Virus record (IMG/VR): IMGVR_UViG_3300042191_000126
DNA length: 64,000 nt
Source of the DNA: an uncultured virus (IMG/VR IMGVR_UViG_3300042191_000126)
Taxonomy: Duplodnaviria > Heunggongvirae > Uroviricota > Caudoviricetes
Reading direction: 5' to 3' (one strand)
Shown here piece after piece: positions 36,572 to 46,378 of the stretch (position 1 is its first letter; each line of letters starts with the position of its first letter). The notes beneath the pieces are model-generated. The model did not search any database. It saw nothing but the letters and a program-made list of their open reading frames with translations, and was not told the origin of the DNA. A program made the position numbers and the translations under genes.

Positions 36572-37102
36572 GTGGCCAACCCCGGCTACAACCCCAACCA
36601 GGATGCCCGCGACGGCTTCGGCCGCTACGCCCGCACCCTCGACACCGCCCAGCGCGACGCCCAGGCCGCCCGCCTCGCCACCCAAGGCCGCACCTACCAG
36701 CAGATCGCCGACGAGCTCGGCATCAGCAACAAAGGCGACGCGTGGCGCGCCGTGCAACGCGCCCGTCAGGCCGCTATCCAGCCCGCCGGCGAGGAGCTCA
36801 TCGCCACCGAGGCCGCCGAGCTCGACACCCTCTATGCCGAGGTCATGGAGATCCTGGCCCGCGACCACGTGATGGTCTCCCACGGCCGGATCGTGTACGG
36901 CGACGACGGGGAACCGCTCCTCGACTACGGGCCCAAACTGCAGGCGATAGACCGCGCGGTGAAAATCCGCGAGTCCTACCGGAAACTACGCGGCGTCGAC
37001 GCGCCGTCCCGCGTCTCTGTGGACGCCGAGCGGCTCGGCACCGAGATCGCCGACCTCCTCAGCTCTCTCGGAGGCAGCAGTGACGACGGCCCCGGAGACT
37101 GA
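36572..37102 (+). CDS. Terminase small subunit (HTH)
   Basis: GRTYQQIADELGIS; directly upstream of large subunit; GGGAGG RBS. Confidence 0.8.
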   Translation: MANPGYNPNQDARDGFGRYARTLDTAQRDAQAARLATQGRTYQQIADELGISNKGDAWRAVQRARQAAIQPAGEELIATEAAELDTLYAEVMEILARDHVMVSHGRIVYGDDGEPLLDYGPKLQAIDRAVKIRESYRKLRGVDAPSRVSVDAERLGTEIADLLSSLGGSSDDGPGD

Positions 37103-39665
37103 GCGGATCCGCCAGCAGATCGAGCAGCTGGTCCGCGCCGGTGACGCTGCGCGGTTGCGGGACATCCGCGACCAACTGAAGTCGGCTGTTGATCGCAGGA
37201 ACCTCGGCGAGCGGTCCGCGCGCTACTCCGGTGACCCGGTGCGGTGGGTACGGGAACGCCTCCGCCAGGTGGTGTGGTCGAAGCAGGGCGAGATCATGCG
37301 CAGCGTGCGGGACCACCGCCGCACTGCGGTAAGATCTGGGCATGGAGTCGGTAAGGCATTGAGCCTCAACACAGACCTGCCCACCCCAACGGGGTGGACC
37401 ACCATGGCCGAGGTCGAGCCGGGCGACATGCTCCTCGACGAACACGGACGGCCCGTCAAGGTGCTCGCCGTGTCCCCTGTTCACCAGCGAGACACTTTCG
37501 AGGTCGTCTTCGATGACGGCTCAGTGGTCGTGGCATCCGATGATCACAAGTGGCAAGTGCTGGACTTCTACGCCCGCAAGAGGGCACGCAATCTCCGCAG
37601 CTACTACGGCGATGCCGTGCCTACCGACTGGAGAGACGCGTGGGCCCTTTCGGAGACTCGCACCACCCGTGAGCTCGCGGAATCGCTTCGCACCACGGCC
37701 GGCACCAAGGGCGGCCAGCTCCGGTGGGCTGTCCCGACCACCAAGCCCCTCGTCGGCGAGCCCTGCGAACTCCCCGTTCCGCCATACACATTGGGCGCAT
37801 GGCTTGGTGATGGCGAGACAGCGGAAGCAAGGATCACCGTGGCGCACGAAGACGCGCCGCACCTGCTCGCCCAGTTCTCAGCTGAGGGCGTTCAGTTCCG
37901 TGAGATTCCGTCACGACGCCGTGAGACCACGACGGCCTACGCAATGATCAACGGGACCAGAGTCGCTCTTCGGAAGATGGGAGTGCTGGGCAACAAGCAC
38001 GTCCCAGCGCAGTACTTGCGCGCCGACGAGGAAACCCGGATGGCGCTGCTCGCGGGGATCATGGACACCGACGGGTTCATCCAATCCAACGGGTCTGTGG
38101 CCCAACTCGACATCACCTGCAAGCCGATCGCCGACGCCGTCGAGGAACTGGCGGCGTCCTTCGGGTGGAAGGTGCGTCGGGCCACCAAGCGTGCCACGTA
38201 CTACGGCAAGGACTGCGGGATCGTTTACCGGGTCTCATTCCGCCCGGACCTTCAGGTCTTCCGGCTACCGCGCAAGGCCGCCAAGCTCAGCTTGGACGGC
38301 ACCGCGCAGCGATCCCGGCATACGATGCGGACCATCGTGGACGTCCGGCCAGTGGCACCGGTGCCAGTCAAATGCGTCGCGGTGGACTCGCTAACGTCGC
38401 TGTACCTCGCCGGGCGGGGATTCATCCCCACTCACAACAGCCACGTCGCGTCCTTGGTTGCATGCTGGTGGCTCGACACCCACCCGCCCGGCGAGGCCTT
38501 CGTCGTCACCACCGCACCCACCTACTCCCAGGTGCGGGCGATTCTGTGGCGGTACATCCGCCGCAACCACAAAGCCGGGCAACTTGCCGGCCGGGTCAAT
38601 CAGACCGAGTGGCACATCGACGATGAGATGGTCGCGTTCGGCCGCAAGCCGGCGGACCACGACGAGTCCGCGTTCCAGGGCATCCACGCCCGGTACGTGC
38701 TGGTCATCCTCGACGAGGCATGCGGCATCCCCGAACAACTGTGGGTCGCAGCCGACGCGCTGACGACCAACGCCGACTGCCGGCTGCTCGCTATCGGCAA
38801 TCCGGATTCGCCCGCGAGCCACTTCAGACGGGTCTGCCAGCCCGGTTCCGGCTGGCACGTCATGGGTATCAGCGCGTTCGACTCGCCGAACCTCACGGGC
38901 GAGGACGTACCGGACAAGGTCGCGCTCGCCCTGGTTGGCGCCGAGTGGGTCGAGGAGAAGCGCCGCGAGTGGGGCGAGGACAATCCGCTCTACCGCAGCA
39001 AGGTCCTGGGGGAGTTCTCCGCTGACTCGCCGAATCAGGTCGTGCGCCAGTCCGACATCTCGGCGTGCCGGATCCGGTCCGATACCCGCCCTGCGCCCGA
39101 TGATTTGCTTCCCGTCGAGCTCGGTGTGGATGTCGGTGGCGGCGGGGACGAGACCGTCATTCGTGAGCGGCGCGGTGTGCGTGCCGGGCGTGAGTGGCGG
39201 GCGCACACGGACCGGCCGGAGAAGATCGCACCGATGGTTCTTGCGGCGATCCGGGAGACCGGCGCGACCGCGGTGAAGGTGGACTCGATCGGCGTCGGGT
39301 TCGGTGTGATCGGCGAGCTCCGCAACGCCGCAGCCCGCGGCGAACACACGGCGCATATCCGCGGCGTGAACGTCGGCGAGAAGGCCAGCCGCCCGGACAA
39401 GTTCGTCAACCTCCGCGCCGAGATCTGGTGGGAGATCGGCCGCGGCCTGTCCGAACGCCGCGGCTGGGACCTCTCCAGCATGGACAACGCGGACACCACC
39501 ATCGCGCAGCTCCTGGAGCCGCGGTGGGACGCCGACCCGGCCGGCCGGATCCGGGTGGAGAAGAAAGACGAAGTGATCAAGCGGCTCGGCAGAAGTCCGG
39601 ACAATGCGGACGCCTTGCTCTTGGCCTACTACAGCGCTGGCCGCACCCGGGTCCGCTGGCTCTAA
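37080..39665 (+). CDS. terL: Terminase large subunit containing an intein
   Basis: SGHGVGK|S Walker A, ILDEACG, IGNP, LGVDVGGGG, SPDNADAL. Confidence 0.93.
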   Translation: MTTAPETERIRQQIEQLVRAGDAARLRDIRDQLKSAVDRRNLGERSARYSGDPVRWVRERLRQVVWSKQGEIMRSVRDHRRTAVRSGHGVGKALSLNTDLPTPTGWTTMAEVEPGDMLLDEHGRPVKVLAVSPVHQRDTFEVVFDDGSVVVASDDHKWQVLDFYARKRARNLRSYYGDAVPTDWRDAWALSETRTTRELAESLRTTAGTKGGQLRWAVPTTKPLVGEPCELPVPPYTLGAWLGDGETAEARITVAHEDAPHLLAQFSAEGVQFREIPSRRRETTTAYAMINGTRVALRKMGVLGNKHVPAQYLRADEETRMALLAGIMDTDGFIQSNGSVAQLDITCKPIADAVEELAASFGWKVRRATKRATYYGKDCGIVYRVSFRPDLQVFRLPRKAAKLSLDGTAQRSRHTMRTIVDVRPVAPVPVKCVAVDSLTSLYLAGRGFIPTHNSHVASLVACWWLDTHPPGEAFVVTTAPTYSQVRAILWRYIRRNHKAGQLAGRVNQTEWHIDDEMVAFGRKPADHDESAFQGIHARYVLVILDEACGIPEQLWVAADALTTNADCRLLAIGNPDSPASHFRRVCQPGSGWHVMGISAFDSPNLTGEDVPDKVALALVGAEWVEEKRREWGEDNPLYRSKVLGEFSADSPNQVVRQSDISACRIRSDTRPAPDDLLPVELGVDVGGGGDETVIRERRGVRAGREWRAHTDRPEKIAPMVLAAIRETGATAVKVDSIGVGFGVIGELRNAAARGEHTAHIRGVNVGEKASRPDKFVNLRAEIWWEIGRGLSERRGWDLSSMDNADTTIAQLLEPRWDADPAGRIRVEKKDEVIKRLGRSPDNADALLLAYYSAGRTRVRWL
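37356..38438 (+). mobile_element. Class 3 intein with LAGLIDADG homing endonuclease (361 aa)
   Basis: Starts ALSLNTDLPTPTGW, ends PTHN/S; HKW, VKCVAV; LGAWLGDG and LAGIMDTDG. Confidence 0.9.
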
Positions 39666-39682
39666 CCACCGAGGAGGCGACT

Positions 39683-39862
39683 GTGAGCAGGCTCCGCAAA
39701 CTCGTCCCCCTCTGGACCCGGGCCCGCACCACCGTCCTCACCACCGCCGGTTTCGGATCGCTGACCGCCTCCGCGTGGACCGCGTGGGGCACGGCGGCCG
39801 GCCTGGCCGCAGGCGGCGTGTCGTGTCTGATCCTGGAGTTCCTCGGCGGTGATGACGGGTGA
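39683..39862 (+). CDS. Small membrane protein upstream of portal
   Basis: GAGGAGG RBS; hydrophobic. Confidence 0.7.
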   Translation: MSRLRKLVPLWTRARTTVLTTAGFGSLTASAWTAWGTAAGLAAGGVSCLILEFLGGDDG

Positions 39863-41928
39863 GGTCCCCGCTGCGCGCCATCGGCTCCCTGGTCAACCGG
39901 ACGCCGGTGCCGTACGTATCCAGCCGGGTCACCCTGGCCATGCCGTGGGCGCACAAGAGCGGCGCTGAGGCGCAGATGCGCGCCATGGGCACGGTGGGCA
40001 CCCTGTTCGCCATCGTCAACCGCACGTCGAATGCGACGGCGCTGGTCAAGTGGAAGCTATGGCGGAAGGCCGCGTCCGGCCGGGCCGAGGACCGGGTCGA
40101 GGTCACCGCGCATGCGGCGCTGGACCTGTGGAACAAGCCCAACCCCTTCATGCCCAGGCAGGAGTTCGTCGAGGGCTTTCAGCAGCATGTGGACCTGACG
40201 GGTGAGGGCTGGTGGGTCATTGCCCGCAACGGCCGTTCACCCCTGCCGCTGGAGCTGTGGCCCGTCCGGCCGGACCGTATCCAGCCCGTCCCGCACCCGA
40301 CCGATTTCATCTCCGGGTACGTGTATACCGGCCCGGGTGGGGAGCAGATCCCCCTCGACGTCAAGGACGTCATCCAGCTCCGCATGCCGAACCCGCTGGA
40401 CCCGTACCGCGGTATGGGCCCCGTGCAGTCGGTGCTGACCGACCTCGACGCCACGAAGTACTCCGCAGAGTGGAACCGGTCGTTTTTCCTCAACTCGGCG
40501 GAGCCGGGCGGGATCATCGAGGTCCCCAACGGCTTGTCAGACACGGAGTTCGACGAGCTGCGGGACCGGTGGAACGAGCAGCACCAGGGCGTCGCGAACG
40601 CACACCGCGTCGCGATCCTGGAGCACGGCACGTGGAAAGACCGCAAAATGTCCCAGAAGGACATGCAGTTCGTGCAGCTCCGCGACGCCAGCAGCAAAGT
40701 CATCCGTGAGGCGTTCGGGATCAGCAAAACCGCGATCGGCGACTTCGAGGACATCAACCGCGCAACGGCCATCGCGGCGAAAGCGTGGTTCGCGGAGCAG
40801 ATCACCATCCCCCGCCTGGAACGCATCAAGTCCGCCCTCAACAACGACCTGCTGCCGCTGTACGGCCCGGACACGGCCCGGACACTGGAGTTCGACTACG
40901 AGGACCCCGTCCCGCCGGATGCTGAGGCGCGGAACGCTGAGCTGACCGCGAAAGCCTCCGCGGCGAAGGTCTTCATCGACGCCGGGTTCGCCCCACGGTC
41001 AGTTACCGAGGCGCTGGAGCTGCCGGACATGCAGTACACCGGCACACCCGCACCGGCCCCGGCTGCACCGGCCCGCCAGGCCCCGGCCACCGCACGGCTG
41101 GACATCCACCACCACACACCCGTGGCACGCGCCCGCAGCATCCGGCCCCTGCGCGCGCAGGACAACGATGAAGCTGAAGACGACGACGAGCAGCTCGACA
41201 CCGTCCGCGAACAGCACGCCGACGCCCTCGCCCAGTTGCTCGACGACTGGGACCCGATCGCCGAGCAGCAGTACACCGAGCTCGCCGACCAGATAGAGCA
41301 GGCCGTCGACGCGGGCGACCCCGCCGCGCTGGCCGGCCTGACGGTGGACAGCGACGACGCGACACGGGTACTGCGCCTCGCACTGGGCGCCATGGCCACC
41401 ACCGCGGCCGAGCAGATGGCCGCGGAGGCCGCCGCGCAGGGCGTGAAGGTACGCCCCCCGAAAGTTGACGCCGGGTTGCGGAACGCGTTCGGGTCGGAGC
41501 TGGTGGAGATCGCCATGGCGACGGCCGCGTTCCTCGGCGCGGACATCGCAGCGTCCGCTGGGCGCGAGGCGCTGCGCCTCTTCACACCGGGCGCGGCGGG
41601 CCGTCAGGTAGCCGAGCAGGTGACCGGGTTCCTGCGCGGGCTGAAGAACTGGTTCCGCCGCGACCAACTGGCGGGAGCACTGCACCAGGCGCAGAACACC
41701 GGACGGCTCGCAACGCTGGAAGCAGCACCAACGGCCCGGTATTTCGCCAGCGAGAAGAACGACAACAACGTGTGCCCACCATGTAAAGCGATCGATGGCA
41801 CCGAGTTCACCGATCTCGCTGAAGCGCGAGCGGAGTACGCGACTGGCGGCTACCGGCTATGTGACGGCGGCATCCGGTGCCGCGGCACGGTCGTGGCCCA
41901 GTGGGATACGACAGGAGGCGGGGGCTGA
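39859..41928 (+). CDS. HK97-type portal fused to a MuF-like head morphogenesis domain
   Basis: KPNPFM...LTGEGWW...DPYRGMGP...FFLNSAEPGG; C-terminal VCPPCKAIDG...CRG. Confidence 0.88.
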   Translation: MRSPLRAIGSLVNRTPVPYVSSRVTLAMPWAHKSGAEAQMRAMGTVGTLFAIVNRTSNATALVKWKLWRKAASGRAEDRVEVTAHAALDLWNKPNPFMPRQEFVEGFQQHVDLTGEGWWVIARNGRSPLPLELWPVRPDRIQPVPHPTDFISGYVYTGPGGEQIPLDVKDVIQLRMPNPLDPYRGMGPVQSVLTDLDATKYSAEWNRSFFLNSAEPGGIIEVPNGLSDTEFDELRDRWNEQHQGVANAHRVAILEHGTWKDRKMSQKDMQFVQLRDASSKVIREAFGISKTAIGDFEDINRATAIAAKAWFAEQITIPRLERIKSALNNDLLPLYGPDTARTLEFDYEDPVPPDAEARNAELTAKASAAKVFIDAGFAPRSVTEALELPDMQYTGTPAPAPAAPARQAPATARLDIHHHTPVARARSIRPLRAQDNDEAEDDDEQLDTVREQHADALAQLLDDWDPIAEQQYTELADQIEQAVDAGDPAALAGLTVDSDDATRVLRLALGAMATTAAEQMAAEAAAQGVKVRPPKVDAGLRNAFGSELVEIAMATAAFLGADIAASAGREALRLFTPGAAGRQVAEQVTGFLRGLKNWFRRDQLAGALHQAQNTGRLATLEAAPTARYFASEKNDNNVCPPCKAIDGTEFTDLAEARAEYATGGYRLCDGGIRCRGTVVAQWDTTGGGG

Positions 41929-43247
41929 TGAGCCGCGCACGCACATCCTTCAACCGGGCAGTCCCGGCCTCGGTCGGGCGAGCGACACGGCCAGCCGTAC
42001 CCGGCCCGGACGGCGCCGAGAGCTGGTACCGGATCAAGAACAGCCTCGACGAAGGCGGCTCACCCGTCGCGTCGATGTACATCTACAGCGACATCGGCTC
42101 GTGGGGAATCACGGCTGCATCGTTCATCGAAGAACTCAAAGCCATCGACGCACCAGAGATCAGGCTCTATGTCAGCTCCGCTGGGGGAGACGTCTTCGAC
42201 GGGCTTGCGGTTCACAATGCGCTCCGATCGCACCGTGCCCGCGTGATCGTGCAGGTTGACTCCCTCGCCGCGTCCATCGCCTCCGTTATCGCGATGGCAG
42301 GCGACCGAATCATCATGAGCCCTCACTCACAGATGATGGTGCACATGGCGGCCGGAGCCGTGGCCGGGGAAGCAACAGAGCTGCGGGAGTACGCCGACTT
42401 CCTTGACCGCCAGTCGGAAAATATTGCCGCCGTATACCAAGAGCGTGCGGGCGGCACGGTCAAGCACTGGCTGAAGCTGATGGCCGCGGAAACCTGGTTC
42501 TTCGCCGATGAGGCAGTCGCGGCCGGGCTGGCCGACGAGGTCGCCAAGCCGATGCGCCGCTCGGATGAGGACGAGGACATGCCCTGCGATGACCGGGCGC
42601 TCGCCGCATCGTGGGACCTCAGCGTCTACAACTACGCCGGGCGCGAGCAGGCACCGGCCCCTGACCTTGCCACGGTCAATGCCGCCACGCCGCCGCATCT
42701 CGCCGACGGCGGTAGCGGTGAGGAAGACCAGGCCGGCGCCGAGCCCAAGGCTGCCGCGTTCGATCCGGTTGTGTTCCGGGCCGCCACGGTGGCTGCACTG
42801 GATCCGATGCCCGACTACCAGCCCGAGCACATGCGGTCCCTCATGGCCGGTGTTGCGGGTGACGCGCCAGCAGCGCCTGCCCCGGTCCGGGTAGAGGCCG
42901 CGTATGTGCCGCCGCCCGTCGACACAGCACCGGCCGCGGAGCCGCGGCAGGTCGCGGTCGACTACTGGCACAGCTTGTTCACGGCCGCCGCGAACGACGC
43001 ACCCGCCGCACCAGCCACACCACCCGCTGCGCCCGCTGTGCCGGTGCCGCAGGTGGTGTACGTGCCGGAGCCGCCACCCCCCGCGGGGCAGGTGGTGGCG
43101 GAGTACCTGCGTGCGGTGATGACCGGCGTCGCCAACGACGCACCCGTACCAGACCAGCCTGCTGCGCCCGATCCGGGCGCGCCGGAACCTGTCCCCGCTA
43201 TCGACCGAACGGCCTTTGGCCGCGCCCTATGGGAGGCATCACTGTGA
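41928..43247 (+). CDS. ClpP-like head maturation protease with Pro/Ala-rich C-terminal extension
   Basis: VSSAGGDVFDG, AASIASVI, MMVH, ETWFFADEAVAAGLAD. Confidence 0.9.
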   Translation: MSRARTSFNRAVPASVGRATRPAVPGPDGAESWYRIKNSLDEGGSPVASMYIYSDIGSWGITAASFIEELKAIDAPEIRLYVSSAGGDVFDGLAVHNALRSHRARVIVQVDSLAASIASVIAMAGDRIIMSPHSQMMVHMAAGAVAGEATELREYADFLDRQSENIAAVYQERAGGTVKHWLKLMAAETWFFADEAVAAGLADEVAKPMRRSDEDEDMPCDDRALAASWDLSVYNYAGREQAPAPDLATVNAATPPHLADGGSGEEDQAGAEPKAAAFDPVVFRAATVAALDPMPDYQPEHMRSLMAGVAGDAPAAPAPVRVEAAYVPPPVDTAPAAEPRQVAVDYWHSLFTAAANDAPAAPATPPAAPAVPVPQVVYVPEPPPPAGQVVAEYLRAVMTGVANDAPVPDQPAAPDPGAPEPVPAIDRTAFGRALWEASL

Positions 43248-44782
43248 CCACGACCATGATCCGGGGGCAGCGCGAGGCTGTGGTGTCCCGCACTCTCCGG
43301 GGGCAGCGCGACGACGTCGTGTCCCGCATGCGGCAGCGGATGATCATCCGTGCGGGCATCGACCCGCGCGATATCGGGAAGGTCTACAACCGGACCACCA
43401 CTCCGCAGGCCCCCGCGTCCGCGACGGACCCGGAGCGCATGACCATCCCCACCAACCAGGCCGCGCTCGAAGAGATGCTCGGCGACTCCGCGCGGATGCA
43501 GAAAGTGTTCGCGCAGCCGGAGGCGTTCGGTGAGTTCATCACCAACTACGCCCGCAACACCCACGCCCGCGACCTCAGCATCGCGACGCAGGTCAAAGAG
43601 CAGACCGAGCAGGTCCTCGCGAACTGGCTACGGGAGAACCAGCCCGAAGGGGTCGACAGGATCGACCTCACCCCGAAGGCCGTCGCCGCGACGGGCAACG
43701 CCAGGAACCACGTGCACAACCCGCGGGCGATGGGCGCCGTCCTCGACCGCGAGTTCAAGAACAGCGCGGAGTATTTCCAGACGATCTGGCACAACGCGAA
43801 CCGCACCGCGGACATGCAGGCCAAGCTGACCCGCGTCCGCAACGCCTTCTCCTCGACCGTGCCCAGCGAGGGCGGGTTCCTCATCCCCGAGGTCCTCCGC
43901 TCCGAGCTGCTGTCGGTGGCGCTGGAGATGAGCGTGGTCCGGCAGCGGGCCCGCGTCATCCCGATGGAAACCCTCAGGGTGCCGTTCCCGGCGATCGACT
44001 CCACCAGCAACGTGTCCTCGGTGTACGGCGGTGTCGTCGGCTACTGGACTGAGGAAGGCGCTGCGCTCACCGCGAGCCAGGCGGCGTTCTCCCGGATCGT
44101 CCTCGACGCGAAGAAGCTCACCGCGTACACGGAGGTCCCCAACGAGCTGATCTCCGACTCGGCGATCTCGTTCCAGGCGTTCCTCGACCAGATCTTCCCC
44201 GAGGCCCTGAACTTCTACGAGGACATCGCGTTCCTGAAGGGCACCGGTGTCGGCGAGCCCCTCGGCGCGCTCGCATCCGGCAACTCCGCGATCATCTCCG
44301 TCGCGAAGGAGGCCGGGCAGGCCGCGGACACCATCGTGTGGGAAAACATCGTCAAGATGTACGCCCGCATGCTCCCCGGCAGTCTCGACCGCGCGGTGTG
44401 GGTCGTCTCCCCGGACACGTTCCCGGAGCTCGCCACCATGGCCCTGTCCGTGGGTACCGGCGGCTCCGCGATCTGGCTCAACAACGGCGTGGCCGGGCCG
44501 CCGATGACGATCCTCGGACGGCCCGTCATCGTCACCGAGAAGGCGCCGGGCCTGCTCGGAGACCTCGGCGACATCTCGTTCGTCGACTTCGGGTTCTACC
44601 TGATCGGCGACCGGCAGGTCATGAGTGCGATGAGCTCGCCGCACTTCAAGTTCCAGAACGACCAGACCGCGTACCGCATCATCCAGCGCGTCGACGGCCG
44701 CCCGTGGCTCCAGTCCGCTGTGACACCCCAGAACGCGGGCAGCACTTTGAGTCCTTTCGTACAATTGGCCGCCCGCGCCTGA
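43244..44782 (+). CDS. Major capsid protein (HK97 fold)
   Basis: SEGGFLIPE, YWTEEG, LDAKKL, FLKGTG, ILGRPV. Confidence 0.93.
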   Translation: MTTTMIRGQREAVVSRTLRGQRDDVVSRMRQRMIIRAGIDPRDIGKVYNRTTTPQAPASATDPERMTIPTNQAALEEMLGDSARMQKVFAQPEAFGEFITNYARNTHARDLSIATQVKEQTEQVLANWLRENQPEGVDRIDLTPKAVAATGNARNHVHNPRAMGAVLDREFKNSAEYFQTIWHNANRTADMQAKLTRVRNAFSSTVPSEGGFLIPEVLRSELLSVALEMSVVRQRARVIPMETLRVPFPAIDSTSNVSSVYGGVVGYWTEEGAALTASQAAFSRIVLDAKKLTAYTEVPNELISDSAISFQAFLDQIFPEALNFYEDIAFLKGTGVGEPLGALASGNSAIISVAKEAGQAADTIVWENIVKMYARMLPGSLDRAVWVVSPDTFPELATMALSVGTGGSAIWLNNGVAGPPMTILGRPVIVTEKAPGLLGDLGDISFVDFGFYLIGDRQVMSAMSSPHFKFQNDQTAYRIIQRVDGRPWLQSAVTPQNAGSTLSPFVQLAARA

Positions 44783-44793
44783 TCAAGAAGTCA

Positions 44794-44821
44794 ATGCCCT
44801 CGCCATCTTCGGCGAGGGCAT
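44794..44821 (+). terminator. Hairpin after capsid gene
   Basis: ATGCCCTCGCC / GGCGAGGGCAT. Confidence 0.65.
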
Positions 44822-44929
44822 CCGCGTTTCCAACGCCAGCTCCGGCCGGGGAGTAACGCCACGGCCAATGCCCGACAGGGCAGCAGGCGAACAATCGGCG
44901 CCCCGCGCGCCAGAAGGTGAGCGTGTGAC

Positions 44930-45439
44930 ATGGAGGCGTTGGGCCGTCTCTTCGACATCTCGACCGGTGTCGCACCGGTCGATCTCCAGGCCGCGCAGAC
45001 TGGCAAGCGCGTCCACCTCAAGAACGCGGGTGGAGCCACCATCGTCGTGTTCAAGGCCGCAGGTACAGCAGGCGACGACCAGACGTGGACGCTGCAGGAA
45101 CACGACGCCTCGACGGGTGGCACGTCCCAGAGCCTCGCGGTCATCAGCCACTACTACGAGAAGGTCGAGACCACTCTCGACGGCGACGAGACGTGGGCTG
45201 AGCGGGACAACCTGTCCGGCGGCAGTCCGCAGGCGACGATCCTCGACGCCACCACGGCCGAAGTCCAGCAGATCATGGCCATCGAGGTCGACTCGACACA
45301 GCTGTCGGACGGATTCGAATGGATCTCGCTGAACAACGATGGCGCAGGCGCCAACGCGCAGCTGGGCGCGGTCCTGTACTTCCTGCGAGACCTGGCCGTA
45401 CAGCGTGACCCGACGAAGCTCGCGGAGCCGCTGTCGTGA
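44930..45439 (+). CDS. Putative capsid-associated (decoration) protein
   Basis: Position after capsid gene; beta-rich. Confidence 0.6.
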   Translation: MEALGRLFDISTGVAPVDLQAAQTGKRVHLKNAGGATIVVFKAAGTAGDDQTWTLQEHDASTGGTSQSLAVISHYYEKVETTLDGDETWAERDNLSGGSPQATILDATTAEVQQIMAIEVDSTQLSDGFEWISLNNDGAGANAQLGAVLYFLRDLAVQRDPTKLAEPLS

Positions 45440-45900
45440 CGGTGACTGCGAAGAAGGTTGCCGCTGTTGCGGTGCTGCTCCCAGCTTTGGGGCTGGGGGC
45501 AGGCATTGCCTACGCATCGGTTCCGGGTCCGGATGGTGTGGTGCACGGCTGTTACCAGAGCAGTGGGCTCGGAGACGGAGCGCTCTACGTCATCGACTCT
45601 GGCGCGTCCTGCCCGACTGGATACACCGCGCTGAATTGGGACCAGACCGCGCCTGCTGGGCTTGCTGGGTACGAGGTCGTCTCGCAGACGTTCAACTACA
45701 CCGCGGGGCAGCAGAGCGCGCAGCCTGGGATCTCTTGCCCGTCTGGCAAGAAGGCACTTGGTGGTGGTGTGAATTCATACGACCTGCTGGGGTCGTGGCC
45801 GCAGAGCAATGGTTCCGGATGGAACGTCAGCATCAAAGGTCCGAACGACGGCAACCCGTGGAGCGCAACCATCTACGTGACGTGCGCCTCAGCGGTCTGA
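45436..45900 (+). CDS. Secreted-type protein with signal peptide and four Cys
   Basis: KKVAAVAVLLPALGLGAGIAYA|SVPGPDGVVHGCY; CPSGKKALGGG. Confidence 0.7.
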   Translation: MTVTAKKVAAVAVLLPALGLGAGIAYASVPGPDGVVHGCYQSSGLGDGALYVIDSGASCPTGYTALNWDQTAPAGLAGYEVVSQTFNYTAGQQSAQPGISCPSGKKALGGGVNSYDLLGSWPQSNGSGWNVSIKGPNDGNPWSATIYVTCASAV

Positions 45901-45912
45901 AAGGAACAGGAT

Positions 45913-46374
45913 ATGTCCGTTCTCATCCACGCGGACCAGCTCCGCCTTATCAACCTCGGCCAGCGGGCGTCGAAGAGCACCGGCACGCTGGCTGCGACGA
46001 CCGTCGCGCTGTTCACTGTGGCGGGTGGCCGGGTCGGCATCACCGCGATCTACGGTTTCGTGGGCACCGCCATCACGGTGGCGAACTCCTACAAGCTGGT
46101 GTCGAACCCAACGACCGGCACGACCATGGACCTGTGCACCGCAACCGATCTGGGGACGAACGACACCCCGGCCGGGGCCGTGCTGTCCATGACCAGTCCG
46201 GCCGCGGCGATCACCGGCGGGTCTACCACCACCGTGTCGACGTCGTCCCTGACGGGCATCGTGCCGATCCCGGTGGGCCAGATCGAGTCGGTGTCGGCCG
46301 GTACGGACGGCGAGATCACCTGGGTAGCGTTCTGGATTCCCCTCGATGACGGCGCGACGCTAGCGGCGGCGTAG
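45913..46374 (+). CDS. Virion structural protein, paralog A
   Basis: Tandem paralog of the next gene. Confidence 0.75.
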   Translation: MSVLIHADQLRLINLGQRASKSTGTLAATTVALFTVAGGRVGITAIYGFVGTAITVANSYKLVSNPTTGTTMDLCTATDLGTNDTPAGAVLSMTSPAAAITGGSTTTVSTSSLTGIVPIPVGQIESVSAGTDGEITWVAFWIPLDDGATLAAA

Positions 46375-46378
46375 CCAG

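Noticed and set aside
34381..36579. Long antisense ORFs (also 53824-55986, 43628-44764, 57646-58917)
   Set aside because: Shadows of real plus-strand genes in high-GC DNA; Arg/Pro/Gly-rich with no motifs
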